Notes: generated by a model not told the origin, from the sequence alone. 32,000 nt of DNA from Candidatus Nitrosopumilus koreensis AR1 (GCF_000299365.1 NC_018655.1:1200001-1232000), one strand, 5' to 3'; positions 1 to 9,432 are shown, numbered from the stretch's first letter. Numbers and translations are program-made.

Positions 1-674
1 TAAAGAAATTCATTGAGAAGATAAAAAGTATTTCAAAAAAATGTGACGCAATTCATCTTACAGAAAATGTGTTAGGATATCAAAGAGTATCTCCATTAGA
101 CGTAGGAAAAATAATAAGAAAAGAAATTCCAGATTTGCCAATAACAGTCAGTCTTAGAGTTAGAGATAAGACCGAAGAAGAAATTTCACAGTTTGTAGAA
201 AAATGTATTGATATTAGTTTTTCAGGAATTCTGGTTTTGATGGGAGACCCCTCACAAACAGGTAAAACCGATTCAGGTCAAATTCCAAGTTTGACTGTAA
301 AAAAATTAAGAGAAAAGAACATTGATTCAAAAATTGATTTGTACCTTTCAGTATCAAACAAACCAAATTTTTCAAAACTTGAAAAGAAACTTAATGCAAA
401 ACCAAAAGGATTCATGACTCAAGTGGTACAAAACATACAGCAAGTACAAGACTTATCAGATAACCTAAAAGAATTTTCAGTTATTCCAATCATATTATTT
501 CCCTCACAAAAAAATGAAAAATCTGCAAAGTTTTTGAATTTGGATTTAGAGTCATATAGTCAAGGATTTGAAGAATTGTTAAAAAAATCACATAAAATTA
601 CAGGGGATATTCTAATTACATCTCCAAATGATTTTACAGGATTAAACGAGTTTTTGAGTAAAATAACTTTCTAA
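1..674 (+). CDS. Methylenetetrahydrofolate reductase-like protein (5' end lies outside the window)
   Basis: The frame is open from the window edge (KKFIEKIKSISKKCDAIHLTENVLGYQRVSPL...), so the GTG at 69 in the ORF track is not the true start. The blocks 'HLTEN..G..RVS', 'LRVRD' and 'GILVLMGDP' resemble MetF/MTHFR signature regions. The gene converges on metH. It is divergent and short, so this is a family-level call only. Confidence 0.55.
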   Translation, partial: KKFIEKIKSISKKCDAIHLTENVLGYQRVSPLDVGKIIRKEIPDLPITVSLRVRDKTEEEISQFVEKCIDISFSGILVLMGDPSQTGKTDSGQIPSLTVKKLREKNIDSKIDLYLSVSNKPNFSKLEKKLNAKPKGFMTQVVQNIQQVQDLSDNLKEFSVIPIILFPSQKNEKSAKFLNLDLESYSQGFEELLKKSHKITGDILITSPNDFTGLNEFLSKITF

Positions 675-3169
675 AGTACAAAGTATTGTGCTTTAGGATG
701 ATGCACCACCATTGCTGCAGTAGATTGTTCAGGAATTATTTGACCTGATTCGGTTAATTCCATTCCAGATTTTTCAGGTTCCAAGAGTTTCCATACCAAA
801 TTATGTTGCATTACATCAGGACAACTAGGAAAACCCCAAGAGTATCTCAATCCACCTTTATCTAAATTCAATTCAGATTTTATTTTTCGATTAATCCATT
901 CAGCTAGTGCTTCTGCAACTTCAACTGCCAATCCATGAAGATAGTATGCATCAGTGTATTTGTCTTCTTGATTCCATTGTTCAATAATATCTGCAACTTT
1001 GTTTCCAACTGTGACTGCCTGAAATGCAACAACATCATCATCACCAAAATAATCAGTTAAACACAAGTGTTCAGGTTTAGTAGAACGAGGAAAATCAAAT
1101 TCTACATCATCACCATGAGGATTATCTACAAGTAATTTTCCATCTTTGTTATGGCATTTGAAATATCCATAAACCACTTCAGGTTCAAATAATTTTTCTC
1201 GAATAATTCTAATCTTCCATTGGTTAAGCAGTTGTTCATGATCTGCTTCTGATTCAGAACCTGCTTTACCCCTAAGACCCCAAGAAAGTTTGAAGAGTGA
1301 TTTTTTATCAATTAATTGCCATACTTCGTCCATCTTTATTTGATCTGATTTTAGACGAATTGGTTCACCGATAATTTTTGGAGTAGGGGCAGACACAGGT
1401 TTTATTTCACTTTTTGGAAGACTAGCAGGATCAACTTTTGCAGTGGATTTTTCTTTCCAGTTTTCTAATTTCTCCTTCCATTGTGATAAGAGTTTTGGTT
1501 TTTCATCAGAAATCAGAGCATCCATTGTTTTTAGTCCTTCAAACATTGTATTACAGTAAAAAACTCCGGACTCGTAGATTCCATCTTCTTTTGCAATTCG
1601 ATTAATGTAATTGCTGTTAATTGCTGCACCTCCACAAAGAATTGGGATGTTCATTTTGTTTTTTCTGGCATGCTCTACAAAGAATTGCATTTGTTTTGAA
1701 GTAGAAACTAACAATGCAGAAAGACCAACAGCATCAGGATTTACTTCGTCGATTTTTTCAATGAATTTTTGTAATGGAACCTGTTTTCCAAGATCATAAA
1801 CTGTGTAACCATTATTTTGGAAGATAGTTTTTACCAAATTCTTTCCAATGTCATGGACATCACCATATACAGTACCTAAAACAAGCTTGCCTTTGCTTGA
1901 TCCCTCTTCTTTGACAAGATACTTTTCCAATTCTCCAACCGATGCTTTCATGCATTCGGCAGATTTTAAAACAAATGGAAGAATTAATTCTCCTGCACCA
2001 AACTTGTCACCTACCTCTTTCATAGCAGGGAGTAAATCCTCATTAAGAGTTCTAATTGCACCATCATGTGTTACTTCTGGAGGGGCATCAAGTGAAAGTA
2101 CACCATCAGTATTCTTTAGAATGTCATTTTTTCCAACTTTGTCGGCAATAGCAGAAACAACATCATTTTCAATTCCATCCTTTAGTCTGTTGACGATTCT
2201 AAAATGAGCTTTCTTTCCTGCAGGCCATGAAGGATCAACATCTACTTTTTTAGATGCAGTACTGGCTTGTGGACCTACATTTTCAAAATATGTAATTAAT
2301 TCAGATAATGCATTAGGATGGGTATTGAAAATTAGGTCTTCTGCAAGTTTTTTTTCTTTTTCATCTATTTCCCCATAGGGTATGATTTCTTTTGCATTAA
2401 CGATTGCAGTATCAAGTCCAGATTTTATTGCATGATGTAAGAATACGGAATTGAGGATTTTTCTAGCATAGGGTACCAGTCCAAAACTAATGTTGCTCAG
2501 ACCTAATGTAGTAAATGAATTAGGGAATTTTTCTTTTACAAGTCTGATTCCTTCAAGAGTATTTTTTCCTGCATCAAGAAATTCATCTTCACCAGTTGCA
2601 AGGGTAAATGTCAGCACATCAAAAATGAACTGTTCAATTTTTAATCCATATTTTTTACCAGTTTCAAAAAGTAATTCTGCAGTTTCTAATTTTTGTTGAG
2701 GTGTTTTTGCCATGCCATCAGGTCCAATGCACAATGCAATTGCAGGCAAACCATATTTTGCCATAATTGGCGCAAGTTTTTCAAATCTACTTCCATCACC
2801 TTCAAGATTAATAGAATTAATGATGGGTCTTCCGGGAATTTGTTGTACAGATGCTTCAATTACATCAGGATCAGTTGAGTCAATAACAAGAGGAGCATCT
2901 ACTTCTAAGCTTAATCGCTTTACCAGATTCAACATGAATTCTTTTTCATCAGCACGTTCAGTTGTTGCAACACATACATCAAGACAGTGTGCACCATCTT
3001 CTACTTGTGTTCTACCCAAATCAACAAGTCCATCATAATCATCAGCAAGGACCATTTGTTTTGCCTTACGAGAACCTTGGGTGTTTATCCTCTCACCAAT
3101 AATCAATGGAGGAGGAATTTGTTTTAGGTCAACTGCCTTTAATGCAGAACTTACTCTAGGAATGGTCAA
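671..3169 (-). CDS. metH: Cobalamin-dependent methionine synthase: pterin-binding, B12-binding and AdoMet-reactivation domains, with no Hcy-binding domain
   Basis: The 832-aa ORF is colinear by eye with E. coli MetH from the pterin domain to the C-terminus. Matching blocks: IIGERINTQGSRK; GDVHDIGKN (DxHxxG) with LSALL (SxL); and SWGFPSCPD, resembling PAPGYPACPE. The only usable start is TTG at 3169, because an in-frame TAG lies at 3194-3196. Confidence 0.9.
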   Translation of the reverse strand: MTIPRVSSALKAVDLKQIPPPLIIGERINTQGSRKAKQMVLADDYDGLVDLGRTQVEDGAHCLDVCVATTERADEKEFMLNLVKRLSLEVDAPLVIDSTDPDVIEASVQQIPGRPIINSINLEGDGSRFEKLAPIMAKYGLPAIALCIGPDGMAKTPQQKLETAELLFETGKKYGLKIEQFIFDVLTFTLATGEDEFLDAGKNTLEGIRLVKEKFPNSFTTLGLSNISFGLVPYARKILNSVFLHHAIKSGLDTAIVNAKEIIPYGEIDEKEKKLAEDLIFNTHPNALSELITYFENVGPQASTASKKVDVDPSWPAGKKAHFRIVNRLKDGIENDVVSAIADKVGKNDILKNTDGVLSLDAPPEVTHDGAIRTLNEDLLPAMKEVGDKFGAGELILPFVLKSAECMKASVGELEKYLVKEEGSSKGKLVLGTVYGDVHDIGKNLVKTIFQNNGYTVYDLGKQVPLQKFIEKIDEVNPDAVGLSALLVSTSKQMQFFVEHARKNKMNIPILCGGAAINSNYINRIAKEDGIYESGVFYCNTMFEGLKTMDALISDEKPKLLSQWKEKLENWKEKSTAKVDPASLPKSEIKPVSAPTPKIIGEPIRLKSDQIKMDEVWQLIDKKSLFKLSWGLRGKAGSESEADHEQLLNQWKIRIIREKLFEPEVVYGYFKCHNKDGKLLVDNPHGDDVEFDFPRSTKPEHLCLTDYFGDDDVVAFQAVTVGNKVADIIEQWNQEDKYTDAYYLHGLAVEVAEALAEWINRKIKSELNLDKGGLRYSWGFPSCPDVMQHNLVWKLLEPEKSGMELTESGQIIPEQSTAAMVVHHPKAQYFVL

Positions 3170-3201
3170 TAGTGTAAAATCATCTCGGTTTTTCTAAATA
3201 C

Positions 3202-4188
3202 TTAACCCTCTATAGAGTTGGCTTTTTCGTCAATTACTTTTCTTAGAACTTTGATGTGTTCAGGATTTGTCCCACAACAACCTCCGATAATTCGGACTTT
3301 TTTGTATTGTTTAAGAAAATCACCTAATGCATCACCCATTTTTTCAGGAGTCATCTTGTAAACTGCTTGTCCACCTTCATTTTCAGGCATGCCAGCATTT
3401 GGAACCACCAAAATATTATGTTCATTTTGTTCATCAAGCCATCTGACACTAGGGGTCATCTCAATTGGTCCAGTAGAGCAATTCATTCCAAATATGTCAA
3501 TTCCCATATCAGAAACCGTTGTGTATGCAGCTTGAATGTTAGTGCCTAACAGCATTTTACCATATTGATCTAACGTAGTGTTTGCAATTATTGGAACTTT
3601 CATTCCAATTTTTTTCATCGCATTATGACATGCCTCTATTACTAATTTTACTTCCAAAATATCCTGACTTGTTTCAATAAGTAATGCATCCACACCGCCA
3701 AGAATCAACCCTTCTGCTTGTAGTTCAAATGCTTCTCTAATTTCATCAAGAGGTTTCTGTCCTAAATCAGGATCATTTGAACTTGGTAAAAATCCAGAGG
3801 GTCCCATCGAACCAATTACATATCGTGGTCTGTCAGAATATTCTTGACAGACTTCAAATGCAAGTTGTGCAATTTTTTTATTAAAATCAACTGTTTGATC
3901 ACCAAATCCATATTCATCGAGTTTAATTTTATTAGAACCAAAAGAGTTTGTCTCAATGCAATCAGCTCCGGCATCCAAATAACGTTTATGGATTTCTTTT
4001 ATCCATTCAGGGTGAGTTAGCACTAAACCGTCATTGAATCCATCTTGATTATTTGGAAAGTCTTCAGGTTTTGGATTAAATTTTTGAATTTCAGTTCCCA
4101 TCGCACCATCAAAAAGTAAAACTCTGTTTTGTAGTGCATCCAAAAATGATTCTTTTTGAGTCAATTTAATTCCAAAAAGATTTGGCAC
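3202..4188 (-). CDS. Stand-alone homocysteine S-methyltransferase (MetH Hcy-binding) domain protein
   Basis: The 328-aa ORF carries FDGAMGTE, a Cys in GMNCSTGP and GGCCGTNPEHI (Zn-ligand Cys residues), typical of the MetH N-terminal module. The GTG start at 4188 is forced by an in-frame TAA two codons upstream. It lies 32 nt upstream of the metH body on the same strand. Confidence 0.85.
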   Translation of the reverse strand: MPNLFGIKLTQKESFLDALQNRVLLFDGAMGTEIQKFNPKPEDFPNNQDGFNDGLVLTHPEWIKEIHKRYLDAGADCIETNSFGSNKIKLDEYGFGDQTVDFNKKIAQLAFEVCQEYSDRPRYVIGSMGPSGFLPSSNDPDLGQKPLDEIREAFELQAEGLILGGVDALLIETSQDILEVKLVIEACHNAMKKIGMKVPIIANTTLDQYGKMLLGTNIQAAYTTVSDMGIDIFGMNCSTGPIEMTPSVRWLDEQNEHNILVVPNAGMPENEGGQAVYKMTPEKMGDALGDFLKQYKKVRIIGGCCGTNPEHIKVLRKVIDEKANSIEG

Positions 4189-4277
4189 AGTTTAACTCTT
4201 TTCAGAAAAATCCACAAACAAGAGCAATAATGACATGTATGTTGAAATTAGGCCACATGTGATTTTTTTGTACATTT

Positions 4278-5378
4278 ATGCAAAAACTCCAAATAAACAA
4301 TCTAGTACGTAGTGCAACCTTTTTTCAACATGCAGGAATCTCAATTATCTTTGTATTCATGCCTATCATTGCAAAAGGCGTCACAGATTCTATTTTTGAG
4401 ATAGGGCTTTTGGTAGCTTCATTTAGTTTTGCTCAAATTTTATCTGAAATCTATTTTGGAAGACATTCAGACAAGAAGGGAACTAGGCTCAAATTCATCA
4501 GAATTGGATTTATTGGATGTGCAGTAGCATTTGGATTACACTACTTTGCAGATGACCTTTCCATGTTTTTTCTAGTCAGAATAGCTGCAGGAATTACAAG
4601 TGGAATAATGATTCCAGCAATGATTGCATATACCTATGAAGCAAACCTGGATAAAAATAGAGCAGCTACTGTAATCTCATTTCATGCATTAGGATGGCTT
4701 GCAGGAATTGCAGCAGCAGGATTCGCAAATGATCTAAAATTAATTTTCTTGATCAGTGCCGCATCATTTGTGATAGGATTATTGTTTACAATTAAACTTC
4801 CAAATCCGGAACAAGAAAAAGAACTAAAACCTGGCACTACAAAAAGAGTCATTTCAAAAAACAAATTTCTTTTCTTATCATTATTACTAAGACACATTGG
4901 CGCAGCGGCAGTTTGGACAATTCTTCCAATAATGATTGTAGAAAGATTAGGTGGAGAACTTTACCATATATCAATTGTATATGTAGCAAATACATTGACA
5001 GCTTTTATCTTGATGAATGTAATGGCAAGCAAAATTCATCTCTCAAATGTTACTAAATTCAAAATAGGAATAGGATGTACAACATTTGTATTTGTGGGAT
5101 TGTCAGTTGTTACTGAATGGTGGATGGCAATGCCATTTATGTCACTAGTGGGTGCAACATGGGCGTTTTTGTTTATTGGCGGAAATTTTCATCTAATGGA
5201 GAATAACCCACGTTCAACATCTACAGGGATTTTCAGTTCCACGTTGTCAATTGCAACTGTAGTTGGTCCAGTAATTGCAGGAAGTATTGCATTTGTATTT
5301 GACTATGTTGCAGTAATGTATTTTGCAGTTGCAATTATTGTATGTGCTTTTGCAGTGTCACTAAAAATTAAAAAATAG
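4278..5378 (+). CDS. MFS transporter
   Basis: 366 aa, very hydrophobic with about 10-12 predicted helices. It has an MFS-like loop motif 'GRHSDKKGTR' between early helices. Substrate unknown. Confidence 0.7.
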   Translation: MQKLQINNLVRSATFFQHAGISIIFVFMPIIAKGVTDSIFEIGLLVASFSFAQILSEIYFGRHSDKKGTRLKFIRIGFIGCAVAFGLHYFADDLSMFFLVRIAAGITSGIMIPAMIAYTYEANLDKNRAATVISFHALGWLAGIAAAGFANDLKLIFLISAASFVIGLLFTIKLPNPEQEKELKPGTTKRVISKNKFLFLSLLLRHIGAAAVWTILPIMIVERLGGELYHISIVYVANTLTAFILMNVMASKIHLSNVTKFKIGIGCTTFVFVGLSVVTEWWMAMPFMSLVGATWAFLFIGGNFHLMENNPRSTSTGIFSSTLSIATVVGPVIAGSIAFVFDYVAVMYFAVAIIVCAFAVSLKIKK

Positions 5379-5379
5379 A

Positions 5380-6147
5380 TTATCGCAATCCCCATCTAGA
5401 CATTACTTTGTCTTCAAGTTTTTTAAAGATAATACCATCTACTGCAAGACCTATTCCCATAATTACAAGCATGATTGCTATGACTTGGGAGACATCATTT
5501 AGTGAACGTCCTGCATTAAGCAAAAATCCCAATCCTAGGAACGAAAACAGGATTTCTGCACCAATTACACCCCTCCATGCAAATGCCCATCCCTGTTTAA
5601 ATCCAGAAATCATGTAAGGAAATGCCGCAGGGATTAATACTGCAGTAATAAGTTGACTTCCTTTTGCACCCATATTTCTTGCGGCTTCTATAAAGTGAGG
5701 GTTGATGTTTTTGACGCCAGTGTAGGTGTTTATGGTCACAGCAAAAATAGCGCCAATTGCAGTAACAAAGATGATTCCACCATCAGTCAAACCAAACCAA
5801 AGAATTGCAAGAGGCACCCATGCAATAGATGGGATTGATTGTAAACCTAAAACCAAAGATCCAACAGTTTGATTGATTACCTCAACTCTTGCCATAAAAA
5901 TTCCTAAAACAATACCACCGCCAATCGCAATTGCCAATCCAATTGCCAATCGCCACATACTTGTCGCAATTCCATAAAACAAGCTTCCATCAACAGCACC
6001 AAAAGCCAAGTCTTCTGCCACCTCATAAGGGGATGGAAAAACATTATCTGGCCAAATTCCTGTCATTGCAGTTATTTGCCAAACAACTATGATGGCAATG
6101 TAAAAAGCAATTCTGTGAGGAGTGAAATTTTTTGCCATAATAATCAC
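5380..6147 (-). CDS. ABC transporter permease, NitT/TauT (nitrate/sulfonate/bicarbonate) family
   Basis: Polytopic 255-aa protein with the EAA-type loop 'EAARNMGAKGSQLITAVLIPAAFPY'. It is adjacent to the matching ATPase and binding protein. The start is GTG at 6147 (1-nt overlap with the ATPase stop) or ATG at 6138. Confidence 0.85.
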   Translation of the reverse strand: MIIMAKNFTPHRIAFYIAIIVVWQITAMTGIWPDNVFPSPYEVAEDLAFGAVDGSLFYGIATSMWRLAIGLAIAIGGGIVLGIFMARVEVINQTVGSLVLGLQSIPSIAWVPLAILWFGLTDGGIIFVTAIGAIFAVTINTYTGVKNINPHFIEAARNMGAKGSQLITAVLIPAAFPYMISGFKQGWAFAWRGVIGAEILFSFLGLGFLLNAGRSLNDVSQVIAIMLVIMGIGLAVDGIIFKKLEDKVMSRWGLR

Positions 6148-6908
6148 TATTTACTTTTCTTTACCTCAGGTCTTAGTTCAGACAGTAGATCTTGTTGGAA
6201 TTTCAATAATGACTCATCTTCAGTTACCCTAGGTCTTGGAAAATCATTTTCAACTTCTTTTTTGATTATAGATGGGCGATTACTGAAAACTGCAACTTTT
6301 GTTCCAAGAACTGCAGCTTCAGCAACGCTATGAGTTACAAACAAGATGGTCTTCTTTGTTTTTTCCCAGATCAATTGCATTTCAACTAACAATAAATCAC
6401 GGGTTTGTGCATCAAGTGCTGCAAATGGTTCATCCATAAGCAATACATCAGGATCCATTACAAGTGCTCTAGCAATAGCTACACGTTGCTTCATACCTGT
6501 TGAAAGTTGATATGTATACGAATCAGTGAATTTGGTTAATTGCATCATGTCAAGATACCTATGAGATATTTTGGCACGTTCTTCTTTTGGTATTCCTGCC
6601 ATCTTTAATCCAAACTCCACATTATCTTGGACTTTGAGCCATGGAAATAGAGCACCTTCTTGAAAGACCATGATTCTTTCAGGCCCAGTTTCATTTACAG
6701 GACGGCCATCAAAGAGGATTTGGCCATCATCAGGTTTCTCCAAGCCTGCAACTATACGTAAAAATGTAGATTTACCACATCCTGAGGGTCCTATCAAACA
6801 TACAAAATCACCAGATTCAACTTTGAGGTCAATACCACCTAAAGCCTTAAGCTTGTGAGAATCATGACTAAAGTACTTGACAATATTTTTTGCTTCTAAT
6901 TTAGTCAT
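6147..6908 (-). CDS. ABC transporter ATP-binding protein, NitT/TauT family
   Basis: Walker A GPSGCGKST, ABC signature LSTGMKQR and Walker B LLMDEPF are present. The ATG directly abuts the stop of the upstream binding-protein gene. Confidence 0.9.
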   Translation of the reverse strand: MTKLEAKNIVKYFSHDSHKLKALGGIDLKVESGDFVCLIGPSGCGKSTFLRIVAGLEKPDDGQILFDGRPVNETGPERIMVFQEGALFPWLKVQDNVEFGLKMAGIPKEERAKISHRYLDMMQLTKFTDSYTYQLSTGMKQRVAIARALVMDPDVLLMDEPFAALDAQTRDLLLVEMQLIWEKTKKTILFVTHSVAEAAVLGTKVAVFSNRPSIIKKEVENDFPRPRVTEDESLLKFQQDLLSELRPEVKKSK

Positions 6909-7934
6909 CTAAGTATTGTCCTCCTCCAGAGAATTTGTATCAAAATAGTAAAAAATTCCAGACAAATCATATCCATTTCTTCCAAGATACCCTAGAGCAT
7001 CTGCCTTTTCAGCAAACGAAAGAACAGAATCAGATTTAGGATCATCAGTAATTTGAATATTAGACAAAGCAACATCTACAATATTATTAGAAAGTGATTG
7101 TCCCAAGTGTGAATTAAGAAAGTTATTAAAAACAGTTCTAGTTTCCTCAGGATTATCATTAATCCAAATCATTGTTTGATGATGAGCTTTGAGAAAATTG
7201 TTTATTATGGATTTATTTTTTTCAACATAATCAGTATTTGCAATCAATAGAACAGATGCAAATTCTTTATTGGGCCAAAGTTCTTCTTCTTGGAATAAAC
7301 GCTTTCCATTTAATTCAGTTTCCAAAATTGTAGCCCATGGTTCGGCAACCCACGCACCATCAATATCCCCCTTTACAAATAAAGTATAGATGTCAGGATT
7401 TGAAATATTATAAACAACAACATTTCCACCTTTCTCAGCAGGTTTTAGTTGATTTTCAGATAGATAATGACGTAATGAAACATCTTGAGTATTTCCAATT
7501 TGAGGAGCGGCAATTTTTTTTCCTGCAAAATCAGAGGCATTGTTTATTTCAGAATTAGGATGTACAATAAAACTAGCACCTCCACTTGCAGCACCTGCAA
7601 GAATCTTGACGTTGTGATTCTCAGAATTTAAAAATCCATTAATTGCAGGGCCTGGACCAACATAAGCAATATCAATAGAATTTGCAAAAATAGATTCTAT
7701 CGCTTGAGGTCCACTGTCAAATACTTTGGTTTCAATTTTAGTTTCATCATCCATATTTTCTTCAAAGAACCCTTTCTCCATTCCCACAATAGGAATTGCA
7801 TGACCAATGTTTGGAAAGTATGCTATGCGAAGTTTTTTTTCATGTGTAGTATCACTAGAGTTAAGAGCAATTCCCAATATAGAAAACACCACAATTACCA
7901 CAATTCCTGCAGAAATTGCCGAACGAATTTTCAT
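6909..7934 (-). CDS. ABC transporter substrate-binding protein (NMT1/SsuA/TauA-like), membrane-anchored
   Basis: N-terminal hydrophobic anchor (ISAGIVVIVVFSILGIAL) followed by a periplasmic-binding-protein-like body. It is the first gene of the three-gene importer operon. Ligand not inferable from sequence. Confidence 0.75.
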   Translation of the reverse strand: MKIRSAISAGIVVIVVFSILGIALNSSDTTHEKKLRIAYFPNIGHAIPIVGMEKGFFEENMDDETKIETKVFDSGPQAIESIFANSIDIAYVGPGPAINGFLNSENHNVKILAGAASGGASFIVHPNSEINNASDFAGKKIAAPQIGNTQDVSLRHYLSENQLKPAEKGGNVVVYNISNPDIYTLFVKGDIDGAWVAEPWATILETELNGKRLFQEEELWPNKEFASVLLIANTDYVEKNKSIINNFLKAHHQTMIWINDNPEETRTVFNNFLNSHLGQSLSNNIVDVALSNIQITDDPKSDSVLSFAEKADALGYLGRNGYDLSGIFYYFDTNSLEEDNT

Positions 7935-7956
7935 AAAACAGCGTTATATTTGGCGG

Positions 7957-7964
7957 TTAAATAA
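7957..7964 (-). promoter_or_regulatory. Candidate TATA box for the ABC importer operon (leaderless geometry)
   Basis: On the minus strand 'TTATTTAA' spans -30..-23 relative to the ATG at 7934. This is the spacing expected for an archaeal TATA box driving a leaderless mRNA. Sequence-only call in AT-rich DNA. Confidence 0.3.
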
Positions 7965-8068
7965 TCATCGAATTTTAGCTCAAGCTAGCCAGAAATTTTT
8001 TTCTAAAAAATTTGTTCACAAGCCTATCACAAAAGATAAATTCCAAAATACGACGGAAAAGATGTTTT

Positions 8069-9268
8069 ATGACTCAAAAAGGAATTCTTGCATTTTCTGG
8101 AGGGCTAGACACTTCAGTTGTTGTAAAATATCTACAAGACGAACATGACATGGATGTAGTTACAGTTACAGTAGATGTTGGACAAGGTGAAGATAATAAA
8201 AAAATTGCAGCAAAGGCAAAAAAATTAGGAGTAAAAAAACACTACAACATTGATGCAAGAAAAGAATTTGTCAAAGATTACATTTTCCCATCAATTAAAG
8301 CAAATGCGCTTTATCAAAAAAAGTATTGTTTAGCAACAGCTCTTGCCAGACCATTAATTGCTGAAAAAGTTTTAGAAATTGCAAAAAAAGAGAAAGTAAC
8401 ATCATTAGCACATGGCTGTTCAGGAAAAGGAAATGATCAAGTACGTTTTGACATCACATTACGTTCAGGTTCTGACCTACCAATCATTGCTCCAATAAGG
8501 GATAAAAATTTAGACCGAGTTACAGAATTAAAATTTGCAAAAAAACACGGAATTGAGATAGACACTGTAGCAAAAAAATTCAGCATTGATCAAAACTTGT
8601 GGGGCCGTGCAATTGAAGGTGGAGTTTTAGAAGATCCATATAATGAACCACCTGATGATGCATTCATTTGGGTAAAAACAAAAAATTTACCAGATAAACC
8701 AACATATCTAGAAATTAAATTTGAGAAAGGAATTCCTGTTGGAGTTGATGGAAAAACAATGGATGGGCAAAAATTAATTGAATACATCAACAAAAAAGCA
8801 GGCGATGCAGGAGTTGGCATTGTTGATCACATTGAAGACAGGGTTGTAGGAATAAAGTCTAGAGAAGTATACGAGACGCCAGCTGCAACTTGCTTAATTG
8901 AGGCACATTCAGATTTAGAAAAAATGGTTCACACAAAACATGAAAACAAGTTCAAATCGATAATTGATGATGAGTGGGCATATCTAGCATATTCAGGATT
9001 ATGGCAAGATCCACTCAAGTCAGATTTAGATGGATTTATCGAAGAATCTCAAAAACCAGTTTCAGGAACGGTCAAGTTGAAATTGTACAAAGGAAGTTTA
9101 AGAGTAGTTGGAAGAAAGTCCAAAAACTCACTTTACAGTCATGAAATTGCCACTTATGGAACAGAATCCACATTTGATCAAAAATTAGCCAAAGGATTTG
9201 TAGAATTGTGGGGAATGCAATCAACAGAAGCTAATAAATTACAAAAGAAAAGGTCAACAAAAACATGA
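8069..9268 (+). CDS. argG: Argininosuccinate synthase
   Basis: AFSGGLDTS (PP-loop) and GCSGKGNDQVRF motifs are present, with full-length colinearity to ArgG. The ATG at 8069 (MTQKGILAFSGG) is preferred over the TTG-extended ORF-track start at 8012. The stop overlaps the lysW-1 start (ATGA). Confidence 0.92.
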   Translation: MTQKGILAFSGGLDTSVVVKYLQDEHDMDVVTVTVDVGQGEDNKKIAAKAKKLGVKKHYNIDARKEFVKDYIFPSIKANALYQKKYCLATALARPLIAEKVLEIAKKEKVTSLAHGCSGKGNDQVRFDITLRSGSDLPIIAPIRDKNLDRVTELKFAKKHGIEIDTVAKKFSIDQNLWGRAIEGGVLEDPYNEPPDDAFIWVKTKNLPDKPTYLEIKFEKGIPVGVDGKTMDGQKLIEYINKKAGDAGVGIVDHIEDRVVGIKSREVYETPAATCLIEAHSDLEKMVHTKHENKFKSIIDDEWAYLAYSGLWQDPLKSDLDGFIEESQKPVSGTVKLKLYKGSLRVVGRKSKNSLYSHEIATYGTESTFDQKLAKGFVELWGMQSTEANKLQKKRSTKT

Positions 9269-9432
9269 ACTGCCCAGAATGTGACGCAACACTAAACATC
9301 CCAGACGATGCCTCAGTAGGAGAAATAGTCTCCTGTCCTGATTGTGGTGCTGACTTTGAAATCGCAAAAAAAGACGGATCAAATGTTGAGCTTAAACAAG
9401 CAGAAAGCGTAGGCGAAGACTGGGGAGAGTAA
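9265..9432 (+). CDS. lysW: Amino-group carrier protein LysW, copy 1 (55 aa, not in the ORF track)
   Basis: Translation: MNCPECDATLNIPDDASVGEIVSCPDCGADFEIAKKDGSNVELKQAESVGEDWGE*. It has two CxxC pairs (zinc ribbon) and the canonical acidic C-terminal tail ...EDWGE. ATGA overlap with argG and TAATG overlap with the downstream ATP-grasp ligase. Confidence 0.88.
   Translation: MNCPECDATLNIPDDASVGEIVSCPDCGADFEIAKKDGSNVELKQAESVGEDWGE

Noticed and set aside
1126-3038. A series of 60-119-aa ORFs (1126-1311 on the metH coding strand in another frame; 1611-1799, 1848-2207, 2490-2699, 2693-2878 and 2712-3038 antisense to metH)
   Set aside because: All lie entirely inside a gene with strong end-to-end MetH homology on the minus strand. 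Their translations are low-complexity (Ser/Phe/Asn-rich) with no recognisable motifs. They are shadow ORFs.
3170-3201. Possibility that the MetH split is another homopolymer sequencing artefact
   Set aside because: The upstream ORF ends in TAA, the downstream frame has a TAG at 3194-3196, and the frames differ. No single indel (including in the T5 run in the spacer) produces a fused ORF.
5928-5951. Perfect tandem duplication of the 12-mer CAATTGCCAATC inside the ABC permease gene
   Set aside because: It encodes the repetitive transmembrane stretch ...LAIGLAIAIG... and is in-frame. It is a small coding-sequence duplication typical of hydrophobic helices, not a repeat element or regulatory site.
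7807-8148. 113-aa ORF and the 8012 TTG-extended start upstream of argG
   Set aside because: ArgG homology begins at MTQKGILAFSGGLDTS (ATG 8069). The upstream residues are basic and low-complexity and overlap the divergent promoter region.
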